Assembly: GCA_965261085.1 (NCBI GenBank)
Contig: OZ253442.1
Location: 2,432,001-2,496,000, forward strand
From: a bacterium
GTDB taxonomy: Bacteria > UBA8248
Direction: 5' to 3'
Length of the DNA: 64,000 nucleotides
Positions 1 through 10,938 of the stretch are shown here, piece by piece. How positions within the stretch are numbered: position 1 is the first letter of the stretch; each line of letters opens with the position of its first letter. The notes below the pieces were generated by a model. The model was not told where the DNA came from. It was given only the letters and a program-made list of their open reading frames with translations, and ran no database searches. Both the position numbers and the translations under genes were made by a program.

Positions 1-1255
1 CCTTGATGCGCTTCGCCATCTCTCCCCAGGTGGAAACGTCCGCGAGACCATCGGCCAGCCCGAACTCCGTGCGCAGCAGTTCATCCACCGACCGGACGAT
101 GTAGGAGACCACAGGACGCGGCGTGTAGAAGACACCACGCTGCATGCGCTTCTTGGCGTCGTACTCCTTCAGAAACAGCTCGTAGAAGTGGATCACCGGA
201 TCTTCGCGAGGGTTGCGGTCGCCGAAGTCTTGGATCACGGCCTCCATATTGGCGTCGTCGAGCAGTTCCACGACCTCGGCAACGCCCAATTCATCGAAAT
301 CGATTCCGACTCCGTTCGTTTTGCTCTGCCTCCCTCCTGCATGGATAAATGTCTCCATCAGGTCGCGGAGGAATGGGTTAGTGCGCATGTGGCCGGCGAA
401 GTCGTCTGCCGTCTTCCTGTTGGGGTCGGCAATGCGTGCCGAGAGCAGGCCATAGGCGATGGTCTGAGCGTACATATCAGCGAAGCCATCAGCGTTCAGG
501 TCGTGCACCAACGCTTCCTTAAACGCCTTCATGAGCTTGGTGATACGCCCGTCCTCGGTTTCTATGGCGAGTACGGTCTGGATACGGTCGCGGATGGCAC
601 GAGCCAATTCCGCCAAGCGAATCGAGAGATCACGCGAGGTGGTAATGACTTCCCGATGGCGCAGCGTGAAGGCCGCGCGCCACTGTTTGCGCCACGCGTC
701 GGCGTCGTCCTCATCATCAGGCCATGCCAGTTGTTCGGTCAGTTCCTTGGCAACGGCGTCGAGATGCATCGCCGCATCACGGTTGTCCCAGCCAAGCACT
801 TTGAGGGTGCGCAGGTCGCGGCCATCCTTGGGCGTCGCAAAGTGTGCGATGCTAATCTGGCGTGAATCTCCCTGGCCGTAGTTGGAAACGAAGAGGAGAT
901 CTTCCTCTGCCCACGCTCGTTGCTCGGTACTGTTGGCCGACGCGCGTTTCTTGAGCACCACCTGACCCAGAATGCGGCGCAACGCTACGACAGGGAGCTG
1001 CTTGGGCTCGAACTTGACGAAGAAGATGCCCCAGGGCTGGTTCGAAGCGAGAGGACGTAGGCGCTTGATTTCTTGGATATTGGCCGCGTTTGTTACATTG
1101 ATGCCGAGCTCATCGGCGGTGAAGTCGTAGAACAAATCGTCTACGTCCTCGAACGAGTCCCGCGCGATCGGCCAGCCCATCTCGTCACGCAGATAGACGA
1201 TCAACTGGTCGAAACGTTTGATGTTGGCAAGTACAGCTCGGTGGTCGGTTGGCAT
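1..1255 (-). CDS. N6-adenine DNA methyltransferase / type ISP- or IIG-like restriction-modification enzyme (5' part; runs off the left edge)
   Basis: Not in the ORF track because it is open at the window edge. Manual translation from ATG at 1255 gives MPTDHRAVLANIKRFDQL...FADMYAQTIAYGLL...DPVIHFYELFLKEYDAKKRMQRGVFYTPRPVVSYIVRSVDELL, the motif preceding the MTase domain of type ISP/IIG enzymes. It starts 5 bp after the helicase stop. Confidence 0.85.
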   Translation of the reverse strand, partial: MPTDHRAVLANIKRFDQLIVYLRDEMGWPIARDSFEDVDDLFYDFTADELGINVTNAANIQEIKRLRPLASNQPWGIFFVKFEPKQLPVVALRRILGQVVLKKRASANSTEQRAWAEEDLLFVSNYGQGDSRQISIAHFATPKDGRDLRTLKVLGWDNRDAAMHLDAVAKELTEQLAWPDDEDDADAWRKQWRAAFTLRHREVITTSRDLSIRLAELARAIRDRIQTVLAIETEDGRITKLMKAFKEALVHDLNADGFADMYAQTIAYGLLSARIADPNRKTADDFAGHMRTNPFLRDLMETFIHAGGRQSKTNGVGIDFDELGVAEVVELLDDANMEAVIQDFGDRNPREDPVIHFYELFLKEYDAKKRMQRGVFYTPRPVVSYIVRSVDELLRTEFGLADGLADVSTWGEMAKRIK

Positions 1256-1260
1256 CGGCC

Positions 1261-4200
1261 TCAGCCCTCGTTAAGTTCCATCCAGCATTTGAGCGACGGC
1301 TTCACGCCTATGGGGGCGTCAACTCGCTTGAGATACGTGTTTTTGATGTGCTTCTCGACCATCGTGCGGATTTCAATGAGCGTTTTCTCCTCCATAATGC
1401 ACTTGCGAGGCGTCTTAGGCTTGGAGCGGATGCATGCGAGGATCTCGCCCGGATCTTCGAGTATCACGTCCCGGTCGAGATCGTAGAGGTACCAGCGCGT
1501 AGTCCCCGCCTCCTCGGTAAATTCGCCGGCTTCCTTGTCGAGGGCCGGAAGCGCATAGCAAAGAAACACTCCGCGCATGCCCTCGGTCAGTCGTTTCCGA
1601 CCGCTGAAAATAGCACCTGGCAAGCATTTGAGGTGGACCTCCAGTTCCGGATCGGCCTGCAGCAAGGCTTGGTATTCGAGGTGCATGTCCTCGACCGCCG
1701 TGCGCGTACCCTCGTAAGCGTGGTTGAACTCCTTGAGCGCGTCGAAATCATCGTCGGGCGTCAAGAGCTTCTTGCCTTCGATCCCGAGCGTCTTCGAAAT
1801 CAACAGGGTTTTCTGAGTTACCTTCGTGTAAAGCGTGAGGATGGCGTTCAGCTCATCGGGTGGCAGGAAATTCCAGAAGCTCACTTTGCCACGAGAGGGG
1901 GCGACTTCTGGGTGTTCGGCGACGAGCCGCTTCTCGACCTCTGGGTTCATGCGCCGGTCAACGCGGCCGATGCGCTGCATCAGCCGCACCGGGTTCCAGT
2001 GAATGTCGTAGTTGATCATCCGCGACGCGTCCTGGAGGTTCAGTCCTTCTGAAAGGACATCGGTGGAGATGAGGACGCGAATCTCCTTGCGGCCGGCATC
2101 CGAAAGCGCGGCCGAGGAGCGGCCATTGTAGAAGGGCGAGAAGCGCTGGATCACCTCCGCCCGGTTGCTCCCGGAGGCGCTGTCCAATTGAGCCACATCT
2201 ACGATGTCAGCATCGTCGAGTTGGCGTTTGAGGTAACGCGCCGTGTGAGCGAATTCCGTGAAGACGAGGACTTTCTGCCCCGCAAGCTCCTTGGACTTGA
2301 GCAGGCGGATGAATTTCTGGAGCTTGTCGTCGTGCTTGGGCTCGAACCTCCGGGCCTCATCGAGAAACTGTACGATCTGGTCGAGGTCTAGGAAGGTCTC
2401 GGATATCATCTCCTCGACCTCATACTCCTCGCGGCCGAGAAGCTCGACAGCGTCTAGCATTTCTACCTGCACGATGTCGTCGTCCTCGGGTTCGTCGTCT
2501 TCCTCGCCCCAGAGATCCATCTGCCGTGTCATCGTGTGGCCGAGAATCTCTGCGTTCTGCGCCTTCCACCGCTCCAGCCGCCGCTTCTCACTGTCCGTCT
2601 TGCTGTGAACTTCGACGAATGCCAGCAGCTTTTTTAGAAGACGAGCGCAGGAGAGTTCGAAGGACACAACGGAACTCTCGAAGCGCTTAAGAAAATTCGT
2701 TCTGATCAGACCCACAACTTGCCGCTGCCGGTTCTGTTCAAAGGGGTCAATGTCTTTATCTGGGCCTTTGTACCAGTGGAGCGGGTAGTACATTGGAAGT
2801 GTGAATAGTGGGTTCTCCCGCGTGAAAGCCTTTTCGAACAGATCCAGAAGGCGACCATAGGACTTACGGATCGAATAGGCGGCCACTTGCGGCGCCTTAC
2901 GTTCGGGAAACGCTTTAGCCTCGCCGGTCTCGCGGATCTGGCTCTCCCGTGCGTAGTTGCGACTGCGCTGGACCACGAGTTGGCGAAAGATCGCGTCTGT
3001 GGTCAGTATCTCCTGGGCTTCGTTCATCTGCTCGGCGACATCGGTCACGGTGTGACCCACGCGCTGGCGAAAGGCCTGCTCCATCCGATTGACGTGGACT
3101 CTCAGGTTGTTGACGCCCAGGGTCCTGGCGAAGTAGGCCTCGTCCCGGCGCGTAAACAACTCAGTCATGTGGCGGAAGTCGCTCAGCCGGTTGTTGATTG
3201 GGGTTGCGGTAAGCATGAACAAGGTCTTGGGCCGCACCACGTTGTCGAGGAGATCGTACAAACGGTAGTAGCGAGACGGCTCTCTGCCGTTATCGCCACC
3301 TCGCGTACCTGGGTTCCGGAAGTGATGCGCTTCGTCGATAATCACGACGTCGGCTAACTCGGCAATACGATGGAACCGCTCGGGAAAATCCCCTTTCCTG
3401 TGCAGATCAGTGTGGCTGAAAACGGCCAAGTTGCTAAAGTCAGCACCACCACCGACGCCTCCAATGTGAGGCAGCCACTCCCGCAGGTGCGGTTCCCAAA
3501 CACCCTCTTTGGTAGCCTTGGGAGCGAAAAGCACGACGCGCTTGCCCTCGTGGAGAATTAGGCGCTCAATGAGCATCAGGCCGACAAATGTCTTGCCGAG
3601 GCCCACACCGTCGCAGAGGAATGCTCCACCGTGCTGACGAGCAATCTTCATGAGGGACCAATACGCTTCCTGTTGGTAGCGGTCGAGTTGGAGAAACATC
3701 CTCGACCTGGTTTCGTCCCACTCGGTTGCGGTCAGTTCGTGGCCACGGAAGAACTCCTGCAGCGCTTTCGCATACACATCGAACGGTGAGTAAAGGCGGG
3801 TGTGCCGTTCGACCGTCTCAATTACCGTATCGGTGATTTCTTTAGCTTCGTTCCAATGCGCCTCGAACCAATCCTGGAGCTGGGCTACCTCACGCGCACT
3901 CTGGACTTGAACGTTGAGTTCGATGTTCTCCGTGAGTCCCGGTTTCGTGAAATTGCTGGACCCCACCAATGCCTGCGAACCAACGACTTCGAGCTTGGCA
4001 TGGGTAATGTACGTCTTCGCGTGAAACTTGCCCTTGTCGTACACGCGGCATTCGATCTGACCGCTGCGCAGCCCTTCGAGAACGGCTGACACCCCGTGCA
4101 AGAAGGGATTGTCTTGCTTGTCAGCCTCGATGCTCTGATCAAGGGTTTCCGCCGCCCGGCTACGTACGGATTCGAGAAGTGCCTTTCGCGTGCGGTGGGT

Positions 4201-4407
4201 TGTTTCGGCACCCATCAGCACGCGGATTTTCTCGAGGCCTTGCCATTTTCCGTCCAGAGCGAGCAGCGCGCCGATCTCGAAGAACCCCGTCGCAACGTCG
4301 AAGGCCCTAGCGATGCCGGCCCACTCTTCGAGATATCGCAGCCCGGTCCAGCCAGTGGCGCTGTTGTCGACGATGAAGAGGCTGCGGCCCGTGGAGTCAG
4401 TGTTCAT
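1261..4407 (-). CDS. PLD-nuclease domain + SNF2-family helicase (RM/DISARM-type accessory helicase)
   Basis: N-terminal PLD-like HAKTY...GSSNFT...N.E motif. Helicase motifs DGVGLGKT, DEAH, LTATP, STDVLSEGLNLQ and QRIGRVDR. Confidence 0.9.
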   Translation of the reverse strand: MNTDSTGRSLFIVDNSATGWTGLRYLEEWAGIARAFDVATGFFEIGALLALDGKWQGLEKIRVLMGAETTHRTRKALLESVRSRAAETLDQSIEADKQDNPFLHGVSAVLEGLRSGQIECRVYDKGKFHAKTYITHAKLEVVGSQALVGSSNFTKPGLTENIELNVQVQSAREVAQLQDWFEAHWNEAKEITDTVIETVERHTRLYSPFDVYAKALQEFFRGHELTATEWDETRSRMFLQLDRYQQEAYWSLMKIARQHGGAFLCDGVGLGKTFVGLMLIERLILHEGKRVVLFAPKATKEGVWEPHLREWLPHIGGVGGGADFSNLAVFSHTDLHRKGDFPERFHRIAELADVVIIDEAHHFRNPGTRGGDNGREPSRYYRLYDLLDNVVRPKTLFMLTATPINNRLSDFRHMTELFTRRDEAYFARTLGVNNLRVHVNRMEQAFRQRVGHTVTDVAEQMNEAQEILTTDAIFRQLVVQRSRNYARESQIRETGEAKAFPERKAPQVAAYSIRKSYGRLLDLFEKAFTRENPLFTLPMYYPLHWYKGPDKDIDPFEQNRQRQVVGLIRTNFLKRFESSVVSFELSCARLLKKLLAFVEVHSKTDSEKRRLERWKAQNAEILGHTMTRQMDLWGEEDDEPEDDDIVQVEMLDAVELLGREEYEVEEMISETFLDLDQIVQFLDEARRFEPKHDDKLQKFIRLLKSKELAGQKVLVFTEFAHTARYLKRQLDDADIVDVAQLDSASGSNRAEVIQRFSPFYNGRSSAALSDAGRKEIRVLISTDVLSEGLNLQDASRMINYDIHWNPVRLMQRIGRVDRRMNPEVEKRLVAEHPEVAPSRGKVSFWNFLPPDELNAILTLYTKVTQKTLLISKTLGIEGKKLLTPDDDFDALKEFNHAYEGTRTAVEDMHLEYQALLQADPELEVHLKCLPGAIFSGRKRLTEGMRGVFLCYALPALDKEAGEFTEEAGTTRWYLYDLDRDVILEDPGEILACIRSKPKTPRKCIMEEKTLIEIRTMVEKHIKNTYLKRVDAPIGVKPSLKCWMELNEG

Positions 4408-4644
4408 TCAGTCCTCCCGGCTGGAGCGCGACGGCTTCACGTCATCGTTGTCCGGTTGCACGCCAGCAGCATTGGTCTTCACCTTGATCCAAGAATCGAT
4501 AGCCGTTCGACTGAACCGCCACTGGCCGCCGACTTTGAAACCGGGCAGATCACCTTTATGGACGAGGCTGTACACGGTCTTGTCCGCCACCTTGGGGAGG
4601 CTGGTGACGTCGGCGATGGTGAGGATGTCATCTTGGCTTGTCAT
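4408..4644 (-). CDS. Excisionase-like HTH_17 DNA-binding protein, probable regulator of the RM operon
   Basis: 78 aa with ILTIADV...KTVYSLVHKGDLPGFKVGGQWRFSRTAIDSWI, typical of HTH_17 proteins leading MTase operons. It abuts the helicase. Confidence 0.8.
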   Translation of the reverse strand: MTSQDDILTIADVTSLPKVADKTVYSLVHKGDLPGFKVGGQWRFSRTAIDSWIKVKTNAAGVQPDNDDVKPSRSSRED

Positions 4645-4908
4645 AGCTACCCCATCGGAGCGAAAATCGAGAAGATATTTCCAGAATATAGTAAAATATG
4701 GAGGATATGGGAAAGTGTCAAGGAATATTGAGCCACGGGAACTGACCCGTTGTGGCGGGACAAAAATAATTGCGAATGGGGAAGATGCGGGATGATTTTT
4801 GTCCGGCTACAGAGGCCGACGTTTATCGCGCGCTAAACATTCTGGAGTCTCCGTGGCCTCGCCGGGAAGAAATCATGTTGCGGACTTGGTTCGACACTGA
4901 GGAACATG

Positions 4909-5235
4909 TGACCTGCCCCCAATAGTGGTTCCACTCCCTATGTTACCTCAGAAGCCAATGCTGGAGGGCGAAGCGTAGCGAAGCCCGGAGGCATTGACTC
5001 TATCGTCTCAGCTGCCGGTGGCCTGTAACCGAGCGCACTGTGAGGCTTGATGTGATTGTATTCATTCTGCCAGCGCTCCACTAAGACTTTTGCTTCTTCC
5101 AGCGTATCGAATCTCTCCAGATTCAACAGTTCATCCCGGAGCTTTCCATTAAAAGATTCGACGTATCCATTCTCCCAAGGGCTTGCAGGTTCGATGAAGA
5201 GCGTCCTCACTCCCAGACGCGAAAGCCAATTCCTC
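4909..5235 (-). mobile_element. IS3-family remnant: C-terminal integrase-core fragment plus one terminal inverted repeat
   Basis: The minus strand encodes WLSRLGVRTLFIEPASPWENGYVESFNGKLRDELLN...YNHIKPHSALGYRPP. The terminus TGACCTGCCCCC at 4909 is IS3-like. Confidence 0.85.
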
Positions 5236-6476
5236 ACCCGGAGGGATGTGAACTCAGCGAAGTGGTGCGCCACGGCGCGCAGCGAATCATCCGCCAGGCA
5301 GTGGAAGCGGAGTTGCATGCCTTTGTGGAGGAGCATTCGGCCGAGCGCGACGGTCGGGGACGCCGGTCGGTCGTTCGCAACGGCTACCTGCCATCGCGGG
5401 AGGTGTTGACGGGCATCGGCCCGGTCCGTGTCCGGGTTCCCCGGACCCGTGACAGGTCCGGCGGGGGACATTGTTTCCGATCGGAGTTGTTGCCGCCCTA
5501 CCTGAAGAAGACGAGGCGGGTGGAAGCGGTGGTGCCGTGGCTGTACCTGAAAGGGGTTTCCACGAATGACTTCGAGGAAGCCTTGCGCGCGTTGTTCGGC
5601 GAGTCGGTGAAGGGATTGTCTGCGGCGACGATTCCGCGGCTCAAGGGCGGATGGGAGCGCGAGTACGCCGGGTGGCGCGAGCGCGACTGGGGCGGCGAGG
5701 AGTTCGTGTATCTGTGGGCGGACGGGATATACGTGAACGTGCGCGGCGAGGAGCGGCGCTGCCTGCTGATGGTGGGCTGCGACACGCGTGGCCGCAAGCG
5801 CTTCCTGGCCCTGGAGGCGGGGTTCCGTGAATCGAAAGAGAGTTGGAAGGCGGTGTTGTTGAGCCTTCGGGATCGGGGGGTGAAGGCGGCGAAGCTGGCG
5901 GTGGGCGACGGGGGGCTGGGGTTGTGGTCGGCCCTGGCCGAAGTGTATCCCGAGACACGGGCGCAGCGTTGCTGGGTGCACAAGACGGCGAACGTGCTCG
6001 ACAAGCTGCCCAAACGGGTTCAGGGCGAAGCGAAGTCGATGCTGCATGAGATATGGGGGTCCGACACCCGAGCAAGCGCAAAGAAGGCGTTCGAGCGCTT
6101 CCTCGCCACCTGGGAGGCGAAATACCCCAGGGCCGCCGACTGCCTGGCCAGGGATCGGGAGACGCTTCTGTCCTTCTACGACTTCCCAGCGTCTCACTGG
6201 CAGCATCTTCGCACCACCAACCCCATCGAGTCGACCTTCGCCACCATTAGGCTGCGAACGGCGAAGACCAGGAACTGCCTGAGCGAGAAGACGGCGCTGA
6301 GTCTCGTGCACCAACTCGCCATGAGCGCCCAGAAACTCTGGCGTCGGCTACGCGGTTTCCGCCAACCGGCCTGTGTGGTCGCCGATGTGAAGTTCATCGA
6401 TGGGGTAGACGAAAGAGAAACGGGCAGGAAGGCCGCTTGATTCACGACGGCCATACACCAGATTTGACAGTAACTC
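5236..6476 (+). mobile_element. IS256-family element, 5'-truncated (transposase ORF 5262-6440)
   Basis: Motifs RNGY, YLWADGIY, AVGDGGLG, QRCWVHK and RTTNPIES. The right end ACACCAGATTTGACAGTAACTC (6455-6476) is IS256-like, and no left IR is visible. Confidence 0.9.
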
Positions 6477-6493
6477 GGTTTAACTCCTAGAAC

Positions 6494-7024
6494 TCACATT
6501 TCTTTGGCCCCAATTTCTTCTATAAACTCTCTTCCTTTATTGGTAATTACTAACTCCTCTGGACTAATTTGCATACCCCCAGCAAATACGCTTCCCCCAC
6601 GCTGAGATAATTGGACAAGGCCAGCATCGCATATCCGCTTGACCAAAAGTCGCATAAATGAAGGCCACTGAATAGATTTCCCTGGCTCACAGGAGTTTGC
6701 TTCAAAAAGTACATCAATTTCCAATTGAGAAAATTTATCGTGCATAGTACGCAAATTAAGCTTGTATATCCGCAGGCTTTTTCTGTCGATATCTCCATTG
6801 TCAGCGCGACGATGACAGTTAGGACAAAGCGCGATAAGGTTCTCGTATTCGTGTTTCTGAGATTCTTTCCACGGAATAATATGATGAACGTCAACATCTA
6901 TGTGTCTACAAGTCGGAATCGCACATCGGTGACCTGCCTCTACCAAGACTTTCCGCCTGATATCAGCGGGGATAGGCGGACGCAGATTACTTGATTCTTC
7001 AGACATAACGCTCGCTCCAAACAT
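6494..7024 (-). CDS. HNH endonuclease
   Basis: RCAIPTC...VHHIIPW...NLIALCPNCH motif. Confidence 0.9.
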   Translation of the reverse strand: MFGASVMSEESSNLRPPIPADIRRKVLVEAGHRCAIPTCRHIDVDVHHIIPWKESQKHEYENLIALCPNCHRRADNGDIDRKSLRIYKLNLRTMHDKFSQLEIDVLFEANSCEPGKSIQWPSFMRLLVKRICDAGLVQLSQRGGSVFAGGMQISPEELVITNKGREFIEEIGAKEM

Positions 7025-7357
7025 TCTTCAGACTCATGCGGGCCAAATCCTATTTTCTAACAGCGCATCATAACCTTGCCACATGACTTAATTGCCAGTT
7101 ACGCAATCGTACTGGCGACTTCTTCGATAACTCTATGATAGCGCAATGGCCGAGAAATATTCTCCACGCGGGAGGAGAGCTCATCGACCAGCGTTCATTC
7201 CGTATTCAGGCCGAGGCGAGCATGGCTGTAGCACCGGAGTAAAACTGAGAGCGACCGACTGACGTTGTTCTACGTTCGCACATCACCCTTCTGAATTCAG
7301 TGGGATCAATATATCCGTATGCGGACTGGGACCAAACCAACACGTCGAACAAGACCA

Positions 7358-9823
7358 CTACGCTGCTCCCTCATCTTCGAGACTCTCAAGCGCAAGAAAC
7401 AAAGCGATCGGTACCAACTCTATGTAGTTCGTTCGCCCAGAAGTGATAAGCAACCGATGGACGCTGTTCATGCCAAAGCCGACCTCCGGCGCGGAAAACT
7501 CGATGCGCCGTCGAAATCGCGCGGACGGACCCGTTGTTGTTGTGCACGTATCCCACTCGATTTCCGCTTTCAGTCTAGCGTTCTCCAGGCACGCCGCGAG
7601 GTGTCTCGCAAACTCATCCACATCGGCACCCTCGTCGAGTGTCAGAGCCGCATTCCAAATGCGCCGGAAGGCCCGCCTCATTCGGCCTAACTTTCCGGCG
7701 TACCTAGTCTCCAAATTGATCAGCGGATCGGCTTCAATCATAAAGGTTAGGTTCTCCAATTTTTCAGTGACCGGCGCCAAACGAGAACGTTGACCTGCAT
7801 GCATAGGTGCGCTCGCTTGTTCGTGAAGTTGCCTCCAACAACCCGGTTCGTCAGTATAGATGGCAGACCCAGTCAAATGGGCGACGAACAGAGCCAACTC
7901 AAGACTTATGCCGCGAAGCATTTGAACTTCCCCACCGTCTATGCCAGCTGGAACGGGTTGGAGTAGCGCTAACTGATCGCACGCCAACTCCTCCTTCATG
8001 TACTCGATTGTAAGTTCAAGTAACTCTGGATTGATGTCGGGTTGACTATGGCGAACTCGCCGCCTTAACTGTTCCTCCGGCTGCCGCAATGTCACTCGTT
8101 CGAATTCATCTCTGAGCAAGGCTTCTCCCAGTTGCATTTCTTCCTTCTTCAGTTCCCAGTCCGCCCCGCGCTTTTTGATCATTGCCATCATAGAGCGCCG
8201 AAAATCGGTGTTGAATTCCATTGGATCTGGAACTAGATGGACAAGGCCAGCATCGATAAACGGTTGTAGCGTCAACAAAACGCTCACGTTCTTGAGCATC
8301 TGTGATTTGTGCTGTGCCGGCGATTGCGTGGGACTATATTCGGGATCGATGTACACCGGGTTCGGGAATGGGTTCATAATCACGATCTCGTCGAAGTAGG
8401 CGAGAGAGCTGATCACACTCAGAGCAATCGTTCGCGGATCAATAAGCCCCATGTAGACGGTTCGAAACACCCTCCTGTCCGGCCGTGGAAGCAGATCGGC
8501 GATGTTGGTATCCTTCGGCCACAGCATTTCCAGCTTCTCGTGGACGCTCTTCACTTGGTCATTACTCAACTCCCGCCGCACGTCCTCCCAAGTCTTCCCC
8601 TTGTTCAGTCCGAGAATGTCAACGACTGCATTGCAAAACATTAGGTTACGGTCGCGAATGCTATAGACATCCCACGGCGGCCGATTTTCAATCGCCATGC
8701 CACTGCAGCACTTCTTGTATCTGCGCCCACTACCGCAGCCGCACGAATCGTTCGGCGCAGGTGCTGTCCGCAAGGGCTTCTTCAGAAACCTGTGACTGGC
8801 ATCGGAGCGACCGAACGCATCTTGATATTGCGTTGAGCCGTCCTTATAGCCTATGTAGAGTTCCCCACCGAATTGCCAAAGCATATCGCTGGGCGGCAAT
8901 AAGACCCTGCCTATGTCCTCCCACGCAATCAACCCGGATTTTTCCGGAAATAGCCACGCCTCCTCGTACGCTGCAAGATACTGCCGCGACCTTGCCTTTA
9001 ACAGAGAATTGATCGAAACAACTTCGTCGGGCGTTAGCATCCGCGTCCGAATCATCGCGTCCGTACGAGCCAGGTTCGAGCTGGAGTATCGCGCATTCTG
9101 CCGTGGAGCAAGCAGATCGACGCCAGTTGGATCCTGGGCGTACTCAAGGTTGGTCAGGATGAGGCAATGATCAGGGTCTAGAGCGAATACCGTCTGCGTG
9201 CCATTCAGACATATCGATGGATCCTCGGGATACTGACAGGCCGAGGACGCGGGCGCGCAGGCAGAATTATAGGCCGTAACTGGATGATCGGTCACGATGA
9301 ACTTCACATCTGATTTCTCGGCCGATACGATCTCGCGCACGCACTCGACCCACATCGTACAATGCATCTGCCGTAGATGCTGCAATTCTAGCATCAGGTC
9401 AATCTGTGTCAGACTCGGATACCTGCTTTTGATCCAATCGAGACCCTTCGGGGTTCTAAGTTTCTGCGCGTTTAGATACTCAAAAAACCGCTGGAAATAT
9501 TCGTGGATTACTTGCAGATCACTACCGGCGAAAGCACGGACCGCGGATGCGCCGCTCGTATCTATCGCTCCAAATAGAAACTTCTCGATCTCGTCATTCA
9601 ACGTGCGTCCAAACCGAGTTGTATAGAGATCCCCCTCTCGAAAACTCCGCTTCGGTGAACGGAGTTCAAGCTCCTTCCCGATGATTGTGCGGCCATTAGG
9701 AATTTTAGTCTTCGGAGGATCGAGATCTAAGTAGTGGAGAGTGCTCCTCGGCCCGAGAATAAATCTCTTCTGATACCACATTGGGACATAGTGGTTCTGA
9801 CGTGCAATTCGCGTTTGGTTCAT
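7358..9823 (-). CDS. DUF4238-like protein with SEC-C metal-binding motif
   Basis: N-terminal NHYVPMWYQKRF and FIVTDHPV (DUF4238-like). PNDSCGCGSGRRYKKCC is a SEC-C motif. Confidence 0.75.
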   Translation of the reverse strand: MNQTRIARQNHYVPMWYQKRFILGPRSTLHYLDLDPPKTKIPNGRTIIGKELELRSPKRSFREGDLYTTRFGRTLNDEIEKFLFGAIDTSGASAVRAFAGSDLQVIHEYFQRFFEYLNAQKLRTPKGLDWIKSRYPSLTQIDLMLELQHLRQMHCTMWVECVREIVSAEKSDVKFIVTDHPVTAYNSACAPASSACQYPEDPSICLNGTQTVFALDPDHCLILTNLEYAQDPTGVDLLAPRQNARYSSSNLARTDAMIRTRMLTPDEVVSINSLLKARSRQYLAAYEEAWLFPEKSGLIAWEDIGRVLLPPSDMLWQFGGELYIGYKDGSTQYQDAFGRSDASHRFLKKPLRTAPAPNDSCGCGSGRRYKKCCSGMAIENRPPWDVYSIRDRNLMFCNAVVDILGLNKGKTWEDVRRELSNDQVKSVHEKLEMLWPKDTNIADLLPRPDRRVFRTVYMGLIDPRTIALSVISSLAYFDEIVIMNPFPNPVYIDPEYSPTQSPAQHKSQMLKNVSVLLTLQPFIDAGLVHLVPDPMEFNTDFRRSMMAMIKKRGADWELKKEEMQLGEALLRDEFERVTLRQPEEQLRRRVRHSQPDINPELLELTIEYMKEELACDQLALLQPVPAGIDGGEVQMLRGISLELALFVAHLTGSAIYTDEPGCWRQLHEQASAPMHAGQRSRLAPVTEKLENLTFMIEADPLINLETRYAGKLGRMRRAFRRIWNAALTLDEGADVDEFARHLAACLENARLKAEIEWDTCTTTTGPSARFRRRIEFSAPEVGFGMNSVHRLLITSGRTNYIELVPIALFLALESLEDEGAA

Positions 9824-10688
9824 TACAGTTTTTGGTTTTCCGACGCCAATTTTGGCTCGCTAATTCAACTCAATCTCTAGCTTAGTTAGTGTTCGCCTTC
9901 GCCCTAAAAGGGTATCGCTCCCACCATGATGCGCATGGTCCAGCTTTGGGTCTGATCTCATCGTAACTCCAACTCTGCAAAATCAGCAAGAGCTACCGAA
10001 TGCAGCCCGGGAGGGGTTTCTGAAAGCTGAGGAAAAGACAGGGCTCAACGCCGTGCTCGCCCGCGACGAATTCTGGTGACCGCGCATCGTCGCCACCACC
10101 CGCCCGCTGGTGCTCGCCCGCCCCTCGCGATCCGCTTTGCGGCGTGTGGAAAGGACCGGGAGCAAGCGTGAAGGTGGGTCCAAAGCGAAGCGCTCGAGAC
10201 GATCCAGCAGGCGGCGTCATACTCAAAGAAGCGTTTCCCCACCCTTTTCGGATACGGGACCATAGCCGTCCGAGGAGAACAGGCGCGCCATACAGGTCGA
10301 TTTAGACAAAAATTTCCCAGTCAATTACGCGCTGCGAAGCGACTGGGTAGACATGCTCTAGCGCCGAGTGGACGATGATTTTCTTAATCCGATGACGTCC
10401 TGGGACAATTGCTCTTCGGAGGAGCGCTGCATAATGGTCCCGACGCGGGAAATTATTCGGCCGGGCCGAAATAGAATGTACCACAGCATCGGCTTGGTCG
10501 AGCTTGACGGCGGGTTCACGAACATGATGACTAGGTTGAGAATGCTAGTCGTGTACCGTAACCACTTGATTCTCCTCTCCTGCCGCCTTTGAATTGCGAA
10601 GGCACCGAGCCAATCCGACTATGGTCGGGCAGACCACAGAAACGACGCTGGCCTCCACGACGTCATCACCTCACGAACGAACGTTCAC

Positions 10689-10867
10689 CCGACACGGGCT
10701 CGCCTGTATGCGCAGGCGTTATAATTGCTCCGCTTTCGATTTGATTACGGATGCCAGTAGGCGGATTCCGGACAAAACTGGGAGTAACGATTATTTCCCA
10801 ATGATATCAACAGGATATAAGGATTCCTTCGCCGATAAAAAAACTTCTCCGCCTCTATGCGGGCGAG
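10689..10867 (+). repeat. ~179-bp dispersed conserved element, copy 1
   Basis: CCGACACGGG...ATGCGCAGGCGTTATAATT..CGCTTTCGATTTGATTAC...AATGATATCAACAGGATA...GCGGGCGA. Aligns by eye with eight other copies. Confidence 0.9.
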
Positions 10868-10938
10868 AAGTGCTTTTTTTGAATGTGCTAATCTGACAAA
10901 TCCTGAGCACTGGATAGCAAGTATGTAAGTAACAAACC

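Noticed and set aside
188-865. Plus-strand ORFs over the left edge (also 1249-2052)
   Set aside because: Antisense shadows of the MTase and helicase genes.
4938-6314. 458-aa minus-strand ORF
   Set aside because: Mostly the antisense shadow of the IS256 transposase. Only its last ~95 aa are the real IS3 fragment.
9983-10600. Short ORFs between the SEC-C gene and copy 1
   Set aside because: Possibly decayed gene fragments, but I could not assign a family or a consistent frame.
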